Shown: one piece after another, positions 38,788 through 48,638 of the stretch
How positions within the stretch are numbered: position 1 is the first letter of the stretch
Layout: each line of letters opens with the position of its first letter
Source of the DNA: Elusimicrobiota bacterium
Lineage (GTDB): Bacteria; Elusimicrobiota; Elusimicrobia; UBA1565
Length of the DNA stretch: 64,000 nucleotides
Direction of reading: 5' to 3'
Assembly: GCA_043827405.1 (NCBI GenBank)
Contig: JBDRPD010000096.1
Span: forward strand, 1 to 64,000
Made by a program: the position numbers and the translations under genes
The notes under the pieces: model-generated
Database searches by the model: none
Told to the model about the DNA's origin: nothing
Seen by the model: the letters and a program-made list of their open reading frames with translations, nothing else

Positions 38788-39659
38788 GAACACGAATACT
38801 GCTGATCGCCGCAGCCGGCCTCGCGGTTGCCGGCTGCCGGGCGCCGGTAAGCGAAGCGCCGGCCGAGACGCGGCCGCGTCTCGGGCAGATGCGGACGCTC
38901 ATCCTGGAGCTGAGCCGTGAGGCCAAAGCGGCGAAGCCGGGCTTTATGATTGTGCCGCAGAACGGTCTGGAGCTGCTGACCGTCGGCGGCCAAGCCGACA
39001 GCGCTCCCGCGGAGGACTATCTCGCGGCGCTGGACGGCGTCGGGCAGCAAGGAGTGTTTTTCAAGGACCTTTCCGATCAGGGTATTCGCGGGTTCGGCGT
39101 GCGCGAAGAGGCGGCGCGGCTGCGTCTGATATCCCTGCTCGATATCGTGCAGGGGCGCGGGCTGCGGGTGTTCGTGACCGACTATGTCGGATCGGAATCC
39201 CAGGTCGAGAACTCGCGGCTGCAGAACAAGCAGAAGGGCTATTCGTCATTTCGCTCTAAAAGCCGGGATCTGGATTTGCTGCCGTATCCGTCCGCCGGCG
39301 AATTCTTGTATCTCTTGAACGCTCAGCATTTTCAGCAGAAGGAGGCGTATCTCGGCGCGCTGCGGCATGCGGACTATGGTTTCTTGATTATCGACGCCGC
39401 CTACAAGGGGGAGGAAGCGCTGACGGCCGATGAGGTCCGGGCGCTGAAGATCAACCCCTCCGGCGGGGCTCGTCCGGTGCTGGCTTATCTGAACATCGGA
39501 AAAGACGGCGCCGGCGGTTGGGCGAGCTATTGGGAGCCCGCATGGCAGCGGGACGTGAAGGACCGGCTGCGGCGGATTATCGACGCTGATTTCGACGGCG
39601 TCTATCTGGGCGGCGTCGAGGCTTTTCTCAACTTTGAAGAGCAGGCTCCCGGCTCCTGA
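38784..39659 (+). CDS. lipoprotein, GH114/MJ1477-like (polygalactosaminidase-like), probably degenerate
   Basis: Lipobox [41 protein letters not shown]. Confidence 0.65.
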   Translation: MRTRILLIAAAGLAVAGCRAPVSEAPAETRPRLGQMRTLILELSREAKAAKPGFMIVPQNGLELLTVGGQADSAPAEDYLAALDGVGQQGVFFKDLSDQGIRGFGVREEAARLRLISLLDIVQGRGLRVFVTDYVGSESQVENSRLQNKQKGYSSFRSKSRDLDLLPYPSAGEFLYLLNAQHFQQKEAYLGALRHADYGFLIIDAAYKGEEALTADEVRALKINPSGGARPVLAYLNIGKDGAGGWASYWEPAWQRDVKDRLRRIIDADFDGVYLGGVEAFLNFEEQAPGS

Positions 39660-39681
39660 TGAAATCGCTATACTCTCTGCC

Positions 39682-40551
39682 ATGAAAGGAATAATCCTGG
39701 CCGGCGGGACCGGTACCCGCCTCTATCCCCTGACTCGGGCGATCAGCAAGCAGTTGGTCCCGATCTACGACAAGCCGATGATCTATTATCCGCTGTCGAC
39801 GCTGATGCTCGCCGGCATCCGCGACATCCTGGTGATAACGACGCCGCATGAGCAGGACGGGTTCAGGCGCCTGCTGGGCGACGGGAGCGACGTCGGGCTC
39901 AGTATTTCCTACGCCGCGCAGCCGCGGCCCGAAGGCTTGGCCCAGGCCTTCATCATCGGCCGTGATTTCGTCGGCGGCGACGGAGTCTCCCTGATCCTCG
40001 GCGACAACCTCTTCTACGGCGACAACCTGCCGGAATATCTGCGGCGCGCGGCCTCCCGTGAACAGGGCGCGACGGTCTTCGCCTACCGGGTCCGCGATCC
40101 CAAGCGCTACGGCGTAGTCGAGGTGGACGCGGAGGGCAAGGCCGTTTCAATCGCGGAGAAGCCGGAGCGCCCGAAATCGAACTACGCGGTGACCGGACTC
40201 TACTTCTACGACAACCGAGTGCTCGATATCGCCGCCGCTCTGCCGCCGTCGCCCCGCGGCGAACTTGAGATCACCGACGTCAACCGCGCCTATCTTGAGC
40301 GCGGGGAGCTGGATGTCGAAGTGCTCGGCCGCGGCTTCGCCTGGCTCGATACGGGAACGCATCAGTCCATGCTGCAGGCGGCGAACTTTATCCAGGCGAT
40401 CGAGGAGCGGCAGATACTTAAAGTCGCCTGCATCGAGGAGATCGCTTATCGTCAGGGCTATATCTCCGCCGACGATGTCCGGCGGCTCGCGGACGGCCTC
40501 GGCAAGACCTCCTATGCCGACTACCTGCGCGAGATGCTCGAGATCAGATGA
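39682..40551 (+). CDS. rfbA: glucose-1-phosphate thymidylyltransferase
   Basis: [54 protein letters not shown]. Confidence 0.97.
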   Translation: MKGIILAGGTGTRLYPLTRAISKQLVPIYDKPMIYYPLSTLMLAGIRDILVITTPHEQDGFRRLLGDGSDVGLSISYAAQPRPEGLAQAFIIGRDFVGGDGVSLILGDNLFYGDNLPEYLRRAASREQGATVFAYRVRDPKRYGVVEVDAEGKAVSIAEKPERPKSNYAVTGLYFYDNRVLDIAAALPPSPRGELEITDVNRAYLERGELDVEVLGRGFAWLDTGTHQSMLQAANFIQAIEERQILKVACIEEIAYRQGYISADDVRRLADGLGKTSYADYLREMLEIR

Positions 40552-41102
40552 AATTTACGGCGACGGAGATCCCCGACGTGCTCCTGATCGAACCGGACGT
40601 CTACCAGGACGAACGGGGTTTTTTCCTCGAAACCTGGCATATCGAGAAGTACGCGGAGGCCGGGATTTCTCTGCCCTTCCGCCAGGACGCGCATTCGCTG
40701 TCGCAGCGCGGGACTTTGCGCGGCCTGCACGCGCAGCTGACCAAGCAGCAGGGAAAGCTCATCCGCGTGATCGCGGGCGAAATATTCGATGTCGCGGCCG
40801 ACATCCGCGAGGGGTCGCCGACGTTCGGGAAGTGGGCCGGAGTCCGTCTGTCGGCCGACAACTTCAAGCAGCTGTATCTCCCGCCGGGATTAGCCCATGG
40901 TTTTTGCGTCATCAGTGAACGCGCGCAGGTGGAGTACAAGATTACTGAGGTTTATCATCCCGAAGACGAGCTCGGCATCATTTGGGACGATCCTGACCTG
41001 GCGATCGACTGGCCGGTAAAAGAACCCCTGCTTTCCGCCCGCGACAAAAAGCATCCGCGGCTGTCCGCAATGCGCGGCAAGCTTCCGACCTATACAAAAT
41101 AG
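40548..41102 (+). CDS. rfbC: dTDP-4-dehydrorhamnose 3,5-epimerase
   Basis: [44 protein letters not shown]. Confidence 0.96.
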   Translation: MKFTATEIPDVLLIEPDVYQDERGFFLETWHIEKYAEAGISLPFRQDAHSLSQRGTLRGLHAQLTKQQGKLIRVIAGEIFDVAADIREGSPTFGKWAGVRLSADNFKQLYLPPGLAHGFCVISERAQVEYKITEVYHPEDELGIIWDDPDLAIDWPVKEPLLSARDKKHPRLSAMRGKLPTYTK

Positions 41103-41137
41103 GGTCCAAAGCCCGCTGTCGGTTGGGCCGTTTGCCG

Positions 41138-41446
41138 CTAAATCTTAACCCAGATCTTGTCGTCGCGCACTTCAACGCGGAAGATCGCTATCTCCAGCTC
41201 GCCTTCGGTCAGGCATTTGCCGTTGGAGATATCCATCTTGCAGCCATGTTCGATGCAGGCCAGTACGTGGCCGTGGATCTCGCATTCTTCGAGGCTCTCG
41301 CCGCCTTCGGGGCATTCGCAGCTGCAGGCGTAGAACTTATTGCCTGAATGCACGATGAGGATGTCCAGGTTCCCGAGCTCAAACTTCTTTACCGTGCCGG
41401 TCGGGATTTCGTCGGCGGGGCAAATCTCTTCCCACTTGGACGTCAT
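41138..41446 (-). CDS. Rieske-type ferredoxin-like protein with a non-canonical first ligand box
   Basis: Ferredoxin-type Rieske layout (DEIPTG..FYA..CPE..L..CIEHG..D..NG..VEVRDDKIWV). Confidence 0.75.
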   Translation of the reverse strand: MTSKWEEICPADEIPTGTVKKFELGNLDILIVHSGNKFYACSCECPEGGESLEECEIHGHVLACIEHGCKMDISNGKCLTEGELEIAIFRVEVRDDKIWVKI

Positions 41447-41489
41447 GATAAAAATTTTATAGCAGGTTTTTGCGGCGCAAGCAATAGGG

Positions 41490-43025
41490 TCATGCCCGTC
41501 CGGACGCCTCGGCGAGCGCGCGCAGCATGCCGGCGCACTCCGTATACTTGGGGTCGTCGAGCAGATCTTCGACCGCCATGGGGATGCGGTAGGTCCAGTT
41601 GCGGCTGCGTACGGTGGCCGGGATGTTGATGCGCTCGCGGGCGCCGAAGGCGTCCTGAAACGGCAGCATGACCAGCGACGAGCCCGCATGATACAGGTTC
41701 TCCAGCACGGTGCGCAGGACGGCGGGGGAGAAGCGCGGCGCGCATTCCTGCCGGTTCGTGACCATGCGCCAGAAGGCGTCCTTCTCGTCTTTGGACGTCT
41801 CGCTCCACCAGGCGGCAAGCGTGGAGGTGTCGTGGTTGCCGTGGGCGGCTACGGACAGCGCGGAGTAGGTGCGCGGGTTTTGGAAGACGTCGCCGTTTTT
41901 CTCCCAGCGCGTTATTTTATAGCCGGGGATGCCGAGGTCGTCGAGTACGGCGCGGACGAAGGGCGGAATTAGTCCGAGATCCTCGGCGATCGGGCGCGCG
42001 GGATGTCCCTCCTGGAGCGCCATCTTGAAGAAGCGCTCGCCGCGCGCCCGCTGCTCGGCTTCCGCTGTGATGTCAAAGCTGTTTTCGGCGCCTCCCCGGC
42101 GCACCAGCCAGGTGCGGAAGAAGCCGACCGCGTGATCCAGTCGAAACAGGTCAAAGTGTCTGCGGGCGCGGGCAACGCGCATCCGCCACCATTCATGTCC
42201 GGAGCGCTCCATGAGGTCCCAGCGGTAGGCGGGCAGACCCCAGGCCTGGCCGTTCACGCTGTACTGGTCGGGCGGTGCGCCCATGGTCGCGGTGAAGTCG
42301 AATTGATCCTGCCGCATCCATACGTCGGCGCTCTGCCGGCTGAGCCCGAAGGGGATGTCGCCGTATAGAAGGATGCCGCGCCGGGCGGCCTGCTGACGTA
42401 CGTCCTGCCACTGCGTTTCAAGCACCCATTGCGCGAACTGATAGAACATCACGGCGCGTTCCTGGCTGCGGCGCAGCTCGTCGAGAGCTTCGGGATAGCG
42501 CAGGCGATAGCCCTCCTCCCACTCCTGCCACGGGTTCCACTGTCCGCGTTCCTTCAGGATGCGGAACAGGGCATAGTCCACCAGCCAGGATTTCTGCTCC
42601 CGGCAGAACGAATCGAAGGCTTGAGCGCGGGCGGTGCCTTTCCCGTATTCCCGTTCCATAAAGCGGCGGAATGCGCTGCGGAGGTGGGTGACCTTGTAGG
42701 CGCGGGCGTCGGCGAAGCTGACTCGGGCGGACGAACGCCGCCGGCGCGGAGCCGCGGGCGGGTCCGACAGTTCGGGGATATCGTCCAGCGCGGCGTAGAG
42801 GGGATCCAGCGCGAAGGCGCTGACCGGAGAGTAGGGGGAGCTGTCCAGCGGCGCCAGGTCGTTGAACGGCAGAAGCTGGAGCACCGTGAATCCCGCGTCG
42901 CGCATCCAGTCCAGCAGCGGTCCGACCATGCCCATGCTGCCGACGCCGTTGTCTTGACGGCAGCGCAGGGCGGACAGCGGAACCACGATGCCGGCGCGCC
43001 GCTTCGTCGGGTCGCTTCCGCTCAT
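41490..43025 (-). CDS. malQ: 4-alpha-glucanotransferase (GH77)
   Basis: LQLLP, SPYSPVSAFA, GAPPD, QAWGLP, RLDH, IAEDLG, NHDT, INIP..NW. Confidence 0.93.
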   Translation of the reverse strand: MSGSDPTKRRAGIVVPLSALRCRQDNGVGSMGMVGPLLDWMRDAGFTVLQLLPFNDLAPLDSSPYSPVSAFALDPLYAALDDIPELSDPPAAPRRRRSSARVSFADARAYKVTHLRSAFRRFMEREYGKGTARAQAFDSFCREQKSWLVDYALFRILKERGQWNPWQEWEEGYRLRYPEALDELRRSQERAVMFYQFAQWVLETQWQDVRQQAARRGILLYGDIPFGLSRQSADVWMRQDQFDFTATMGAPPDQYSVNGQAWGLPAYRWDLMERSGHEWWRMRVARARRHFDLFRLDHAVGFFRTWLVRRGGAENSFDITAEAEQRARGERFFKMALQEGHPARPIAEDLGLIPPFVRAVLDDLGIPGYKITRWEKNGDVFQNPRTYSALSVAAHGNHDTSTLAAWWSETSKDEKDAFWRMVTNRQECAPRFSPAVLRTVLENLYHAGSSLVMLPFQDAFGARERINIPATVRSRNWTYRIPMAVEDLLDDPKYTECAGMLRALAEASGRA

Positions 43026-44272
43026 GCCGCCGCTCCGTCGATTTCGGCCGGCGCCAGCGCGGATAGAAACGGCCAGCAGGCCGCGATGCAGGCGGCGCCG
43101 ATCACGATGAGGAGCGCCATCGCGGCGTGCGGACCGCCGGCGGACGTCAGGCGCTCGTATAGGCCCGCGCCCAGCGTATTCGACGCCCAGGCCGACAAAT
43201 TGAACATGCTCATAAACAGCGCGAAGGCCGTGGCTTCGCCGTGCTCCGGGCAGGACTTGGCGGCGAGATCCATGAGGCTTAATCGCATGACGACCCCGAC
43301 GACTCCGGACAAGGCCGTGATCACTATTGCGCTCACGGTGCCCCGGTAGGCCAAAAACAGCAGCGTCAAGGGAATGCCCGCGAGGACGCTTGCGCGTACC
43401 AGCAGCGCGGTATCGGCTCTTTGTTTTCGTCCGCAAAGCGTCACGTCCCTATTGTACAGTTTCCAGAACAGCCATGCGCCGAACATCCCGGCTACCCCGC
43501 CCACCGACGTTAGGGTCCCGACGAACAGCTTGGAAAATTCCAGGCATTCGGTCTGGTAATAGAACCAGGCCGTGCCGTTAAACGGGCTGAAGTTGAACAG
43601 CAGGATGACCAGCGAAGCGGTCCAGAACCGCCGCGAGCGCAGGAGCGTCGCCAGGCCGCGGGCGAAAAGGCGGGCGATCGGGAGCCGCGCGGGGAGCGGC
43701 TCGTCGCGGATCAGAAACGCGGCGGCAAAAATCAGCAGCGGGAACAGCGCCGTCAGCGCGAAGATGCCGCGATAGCTCACGTGCGCCGCCAGCCAGCCGC
43801 CGCCGACGCCGGTCGCCAGCAGCGTTAGATAGAGGGTGCCGATCTGCACCGCCTGATACAGCCCGGTCTTGCCTTCGCGCTTGCCGCGCTCGACCATGAT
43901 CCCGTCGCAGAGCACGTCGGCGAAACAGATGCCTACGTTCACTCCGGTCAGCAGGAGCAAAGTCGGCGCATAGACGTAATCGCCGATCAGGGCGAGGAGC
44001 GCCCATCCGGCGCAGGTCGCCGCCGCGCTCAGCAGGAGGTAGGGCGTGCGCCGGCGGAGCAGAATCGGAAAGGCGTCGGTGAGCACGCCGAGCAGCGGCT
44101 TAAGCAGGAATGGGACCGACATGCAGGCGACGAAAACCGCGCTCTCGGAAGCGGTGAGCCCGAGCGCGTCCTTGAGCAGGTAGTTGATCGGCACATAGGC
44201 GATGCCGACCATGCCCTGAGCGAAGTAGGTCGCGATAAAGAAGATATACAGGCGGTCTTTGGTTTCCCGCAT
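43022..44272 (-). CDS. MFS transporter, folate-biopterin (BT1)-like
   Basis: About 12 TMs; KPLLGVLTDAFPI..RRTPYL, DVLCDGIMVE, CPEHGEATAFALFMS; ATGA overlap with malQ. Confidence 0.85.
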   Translation of the reverse strand: MRETKDRLYIFFIATYFAQGMVGIAYVPINYLLKDALGLTASESAVFVACMSVPFLLKPLLGVLTDAFPILLRRRTPYLLLSAAATCAGWALLALIGDYVYAPTLLLLTGVNVGICFADVLCDGIMVERGKREGKTGLYQAVQIGTLYLTLLATGVGGGWLAAHVSYRGIFALTALFPLLIFAAAFLIRDEPLPARLPIARLFARGLATLLRSRRFWTASLVILLFNFSPFNGTAWFYYQTECLEFSKLFVGTLTSVGGVAGMFGAWLFWKLYNRDVTLCGRKQRADTALLVRASVLAGIPLTLLFLAYRGTVSAIVITALSGVVGVVMRLSLMDLAAKSCPEHGEATAFALFMSMFNLSAWASNTLGAGLYERLTSAGGPHAAMALLIVIGAACIAACWPFLSALAPAEIDGAAA

Positions 44273-44342
44273 TGGAACGCGTAGTGAAAAATGCTTTAAT
44301 TTTTCGATTTAAGACAGATTATACGATGTTCGAGGTGCTCAT

Positions 44343-44978
44343 ATGCCGATGCTGATTCCCCAAGTGATTGAGAGGTCGAACCAGGGCTCCGTCGTTGGGT
44401 ATGATATCTATTCCCGGCTGCTGAAAGACCGGATCATCTTCGTCGGCGGCTACGAAGGCGAGGTGACGACCGACTCGGCCAACGTGCTGATCGCCCAGCT
44501 CCTGTACCTCGATGCCGAGGATCATGAGCGGGACATCAACCTCTACATCAACTCTCCGGGCGGCATGGTGACCGCCGGCCTCGCCGTCTACGATACGATG
44601 CAGTATGTCAAAGCGCCCATCACGACGATCTGCATCGGGATGGCGATGTCCTTCGGCGCGGTGCTGCTCACCGCGGGCACCAAGGGACGGCGCTTCGCGC
44701 TGCCGCAGGCGCGGGTCATGATCCATCAGCCGCTCATCGGCGGGCACGGAATCTCCGGGCAGGCGACCGATATCGAAGTCGAAGCCAGGGAGATGGTCAA
44801 GACCAAGAATATCCTCAACGAAATCCTCGCGCACCATTCCGGCCAGACCGCCGAGAAGATCGCGAAGGATTCCGAGCGGAACTTCTACCTGTCGGCCGAG
44901 GAAGCGAAGGCCTACGGCCTCATCGACAAGGTGATCGACAATACGGACAAACTGCCCGGCGCGGCGAAGAAAAAGTAG
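44343..44978 (+). CDS. clpP: ATP-dependent Clp protease proteolytic subunit
   Basis: [32 protein letters not shown]. Confidence 0.95.
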   Translation: MPMLIPQVIERSNQGSVVGYDIYSRLLKDRIIFVGGYEGEVTTDSANVLIAQLLYLDAEDHERDINLYINSPGGMVTAGLAVYDTMQYVKAPITTICIGMAMSFGAVLLTAGTKGRRFALPQARVMIHQPLIGGHGISGQATDIEVEAREMVKTKNILNEILAHHSGQTAEKIAKDSERNFYLSAEEAKAYGLIDKVIDNTDKLPGAAKKK

Positions 44979-44979
44979 C

Positions 44980-46128
44980 TCAGGGCGCCGGCCTTAACGG
45001 CCGCGGCTTTCTCCCCACACCCAGGAAGTGCAGGATAGCGGCGCGGATGCGCGGCGCGGCCCGGCCGTCTCCGAACGGATTGGGGCTGCGCGCCATGCGC
45101 CGGTAATGCGCGCGGTCGCGCAGCAGCCGCTCGGCCTGCCGCACGATGCGTCCCGGCTCGGTGCCGACGAGCCGTCCGCCGCCGGCCCGGATCAGTTCGG
45201 GGCGGTCGGTCACGTCGCGCGCCACGAGCACGGGCTTGCGCAGCGTGGGCGCCTCCTCCTGGATGCCGCCCGAGTCGGTGATAATGAAGTGCGACATCTT
45301 CATGAGCCGGACGAAATCGCGGTATTCGACAGGAGGGCAGAGAATGATCCGCGGATGGCGCAGCAGGCGCCGCGCTCGCCGGCGGACTTCCGGGTTGGGG
45401 TGGACGGTAAAGGCCACCGCCGCGTCCGCGTTGCGGTTTGCGATATCGAGCAGCGCCTGAAAGACGCCCTCCATGGGCGCGCCGAAGCTTTCCCGGCGGT
45501 GCAGCGTCGCCAGGATCAGCCGCCGTCGCGGCAGCGCTCTTAGGGCGGCGCAGCGGGAGGGCCGGCGGCAGCGGGAAATCTCCTTGACCGCGTCGATCGC
45601 GGTGTTTCCGGTCAGCCAAACCCCGTCGCCGCGGACGCCTTCCGCGCGCAGGTTGTGCGCGGCGCGGGCCGTCGGCGGGAACCACAGCGAGGACAGGCGG
45701 TCGATCAGGACGCGGTTGATCTCTTCGGGGAACGGGCGGTCCAGGTCGAAAGAGCGCAGCCCCGCTTCCACGTGCGCTACCGGGATGCGGCGCAGAAAGG
45801 CGGCGCTGGCGCCGGCCAGCGCGGTGGTGGTGTCGCCTTGGACCAGCACCAGGTCGGGATCGCATTTTTCCAGCAGCGGGCGCAGCTTCTTGAGCGCCCG
45901 GCGCAGGACATCGTCGGGCGACTGCGTCCGGCGCATGATGTCGAGGTCATGGTCCGGGCGGATAGCGAAGGCCGCCAGCGCATCGTCGAGAAGCGCCCGG
46001 TGCTGAGCGGTGGCGCAAACTTCAAGCCGCAGCAGCGGGGTGTTCCGCAGCGCGCGGATTACCGGCGCGAGCTTGATCGCTTCGGGGCGCGTTCCGAGGA
46101 TGATCAGGACTTTAGGCTTGATGCGCAT
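44980..46128 (-). CDS. wecB: non-hydrolysing UDP-GlcNAc 2-epimerase
   Basis: GTRPEAIKLAP, VQGDTTT, HVEAGLRS, PEEINR, TLHRRE, TDSGGIQEEA, NPFGDG. Confidence 0.95.
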   Translation of the reverse strand: MRIKPKVLIILGTRPEAIKLAPVIRALRNTPLLRLEVCATAQHRALLDDALAAFAIRPDHDLDIMRRTQSPDDVLRRALKKLRPLLEKCDPDLVLVQGDTTTALAGASAAFLRRIPVAHVEAGLRSFDLDRPFPEEINRVLIDRLSSLWFPPTARAAHNLRAEGVRGDGVWLTGNTAIDAVKEISRCRRPSRCAALRALPRRRLILATLHRRESFGAPMEGVFQALLDIANRNADAAVAFTVHPNPEVRRRARRLLRHPRIILCPPVEYRDFVRLMKMSHFIITDSGGIQEEAPTLRKPVLVARDVTDRPELIRAGGGRLVGTEPGRIVRQAERLLRDRAHYRRMARSPNPFGDGRAAPRIRAAILHFLGVGRKPRPLRPAP

Positions 46129-46191
46129 AGCCGATTTTATCATTTGGCGCCGGCCGGCCAGGCCGGCGATTTTTGTAGACTTTGGCACGGC

Positions 46192-47370
46192 ATGATCGGC
46201 AGGATCGTCCATCTCGCGAAGTACTATGTCCGCTACCTGCGGCTGCGCAAGCTGTCGGCCGCCGCGTACAAAAAGGGACCGTACCGGAAGGTGCTGGTTC
46301 TGGGCTACGCCGCCATCGGGGACTTTATCTTTCTCCTGCCGGCGCTTGAAGCGCTGCGCGCGGGGCTGCCCAAGGCGCGAATCGCCTTTGTCTGCAACCG
46401 CTACCCGACGACCACCGATTTTCTGCCGGCCTCGGGCCTGGTCGATGATATCTGGGAGTTCGACGCCAAGGCGGGCAAGGATGCGCGGGCGGCCTTTCAC
46501 GAGCAGCTGCGCCGGGCGGGATTCGACGCGGTCCTGCTTTCCTACGGCACGCCGATCAGCGCTTTTTCCGAAGCGCTGCTGGGGATTCCGGTCCGTATCG
46601 GGCACTGCTATCCGGTAGGTTATCGCCGCAAAGTGGCGGCGGGAGAGCACGAGCGGCGGCTGGTCCTCAACCGGCCGATCGCGGGGACGCTGGGAGAAAA
46701 CGCGATTGAGCGCAACCTGCAGCTGGTACGCGAGCTCGGTATCGCCGCGCCGCTGCTCACCGACCGCCGGCCGCGGATTCCGCATCCCGAAGAGGCGCGG
46801 TCGGCGGCGCTGCGGTGCGCTCCCGAGGGGACGAAGACGATCGGCGTTCACCTGGGCTCGCCCAATACGCAGTACGGGAAGCTGTGGGCGCCGCAGCGCT
46901 GGGGGGAAGTCTGCCTGCGTTTGCGGCAGGCCTACGGCGTCCGGGTGGCCGTTATCGGCGGCGGCGAAGACCGGAAGAATTTCCAGGCTTTCAAGGAGAT
47001 ATTTGTCGGCGACTGCGTCGATTTGGTCGGCAAGGGCGGGCTGCTGGACTCGCTGGCGGTGCTGCGGCGCTGCGCGGTCTTCCTGGCCGGCGATACCGGC
47101 TTGGCCAAATGCGCTATCGCTCTCGGAGTTCCAACCGTTACCGTATGGGGACCTACCGATCCCCAAGAGCTGCAGCCTCCCTGGGATGCGGATAAGCATC
47201 TAAACATCTCGCATGCCGTGCCGTGCGCGCCCTGCGTGCAGCTCGGCATGCCGAAGGACGGGGTCGAGAACTACACCCGCTGCGGCCACCGCCGCTGCCT
47301 GGCGGAGCTGTCCCCCGAGGCGGTCATGGAAGCCGTGCGCGGGAAGTACGACTCCCTGCTTCGCTCCTGA
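46192..47370 (+). CDS. glycosyltransferase family 9 (heptosyltransferase-like)
   Basis: AIGDFIFLLP, KLWAPQRW, GDTGLAK, VWGPT, CAPC. Confidence 0.85.
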   Translation: MIGRIVHLAKYYVRYLRLRKLSAAAYKKGPYRKVLVLGYAAIGDFIFLLPALEALRAGLPKARIAFVCNRYPTTTDFLPASGLVDDIWEFDAKAGKDARAAFHEQLRRAGFDAVLLSYGTPISAFSEALLGIPVRIGHCYPVGYRRKVAAGEHERRLVLNRPIAGTLGENAIERNLQLVRELGIAAPLLTDRRPRIPHPEEARSAALRCAPEGTKTIGVHLGSPNTQYGKLWAPQRWGEVCLRLRQAYGVRVAVIGGGEDRKNFQAFKEIFVGDCVDLVGKGGLLDSLAVLRRCAVFLAGDTGLAKCAIALGVPTVTVWGPTDPQELQPPWDADKHLNISHAVPCAPCVQLGMPKDGVENYTRCGHRRCLAELSPEAVMEAVRGKYDSLLRS

Positions 47371-47387
47371 CGCCGGCGGCGCGGCTC

Positions 47388-48593
47388 TCAGTTCTTCCGG
47401 TAGTAGCGGTGAATGGTGTCGACGACGTAGTCGATCTCGGACTTCTTGAGGTCCTGGTGGCAGCCGATGTAGAAGGCGCTGCGGTTGAGCCAGCGCGCGA
47501 CCGGATAGCGCTTCTCCAGGCCGGGGAAGAGCCGCCGATACGCCGGCTGGTTGGTTAGGGGCAGCAGATCGCGGGTCTCGATCCGGCGTTCTTCGAGATA
47601 GCGCACCAAGGCGGTCTTGGTGCCGCGACGCACGACGATCGGGTAGAGCATGAACATATGGTCGCGGTCGGGCGGGACCGTGGGCAGCTGGATGCGGTCC
47701 TGCAGGTCCTTGAGCCCGGCGCTCAGGCGGCGGGCGTTCTCCTGGCGCTGGCGGATGATGGACGCCTTGCGCCGCATCTGGCCGAGACCGATGGCGGCTT
47801 CCATTTCGGTGCAGCGGAAGCTGTGCCCGATCGAGACGAAGGAGAAGCGCTTCTTTACGATCTCGTGCAGGCGGCTGCCCCGGGCGCCTTTGTCGTCGTC
47901 GATGTCGATATAGATCGAGTCCCGCCCGTGGTTCATCAGGCTGCGCAGGCGCACGGCCAGGTTCTTGTTGCTGGTGGCGGCGAAGCCGCCGACGCCGGTC
48001 ACGATATAATGCGCGACGTAGGTCGAAAAGCAGCTGATGTCGCCGAACGAGCCGACCGGCCGGCCGCGGTAGCGCGCGAAGGTGGTTTCGCAGGAGTCCT
48101 CGATGATGCGCAGGCGGTGCCGGCGCGCCAGCGCCATGATCGGCTGCATGTCGCAGGGCAGGCCCAGCAGGTGGACCGGGATGATGGCGCGCGTGCGCCG
48201 GGTGATCTTCGCCGCGATGAGTTCCGGGTCGATGTTGTAGGTCGCGGGATCGACGTCCACGAAGACCGGCCGCATATTGTTGTGCAGCACGATGTTGGCC
48301 GTGGCGACGAAGGTGATCGAGGGTACAATCACCTCATCGCCGTCCTTCCACCCGTACTTCTCTTTGAGCGCCGCCAGCGCGATATGCAGGGCGCTGGTGC
48401 CCGAGTTGCAGAACATGGCGAAGCGGCAGCCGTGCGCGCGCGCCCATTGCGCCTCAAAGCGCCGCGTCATCGGTCCGTAGGAGAGGCGGTGGGAGCGGAC
48501 GACCTCGCTTAAATAGGTCTGCTCGCTGCGGCCGATTTCAAGGCCGCCGACGCCGATTTGCCGCTTGGGACGAAAGAGTTTCCTGCGTGCCAT
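47388..48593 (-). CDS. DegT/DnrJ-family PLP enzyme, His-type (ColD-like 3-dehydratase candidate)
   Basis: NSGTSAL, TFVAT, VHLLG, IEDSCE, FSTYVAHYIVTGVGG. Confidence 0.85.
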   Translation of the reverse strand: MARRKLFRPKRQIGVGGLEIGRSEQTYLSEVVRSHRLSYGPMTRRFEAQWARAHGCRFAMFCNSGTSALHIALAALKEKYGWKDGDEVIVPSITFVATANIVLHNNMRPVFVDVDPATYNIDPELIAAKITRRTRAIIPVHLLGLPCDMQPIMALARRHRLRIIEDSCETTFARYRGRPVGSFGDISCFSTYVAHYIVTGVGGFAATSNKNLAVRLRSLMNHGRDSIYIDIDDDKGARGSRLHEIVKKRFSFVSIGHSFRCTEMEAAIGLGQMRRKASIIRQRQENARRLSAGLKDLQDRIQLPTVPPDRDHMFMLYPIVVRRGTKTALVRYLEERRIETRDLLPLTNQPAYRRLFPGLEKRYPVARWLNRSAFYIGCHQDLKKSEIDYVVDTIHRYYRKN

Positions 48594-48638
48594 GTATCCC
48601 CCATATAGCAAGTTTTTCGCTGCCGGGTCCAAGGCGTC

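Noticed and set aside
39682..41102. rmlA-rmlC without rmlB/rmlD as a novel pathway
   Set aside because: Split rml loci are common, and the other genes may lie outside the window.
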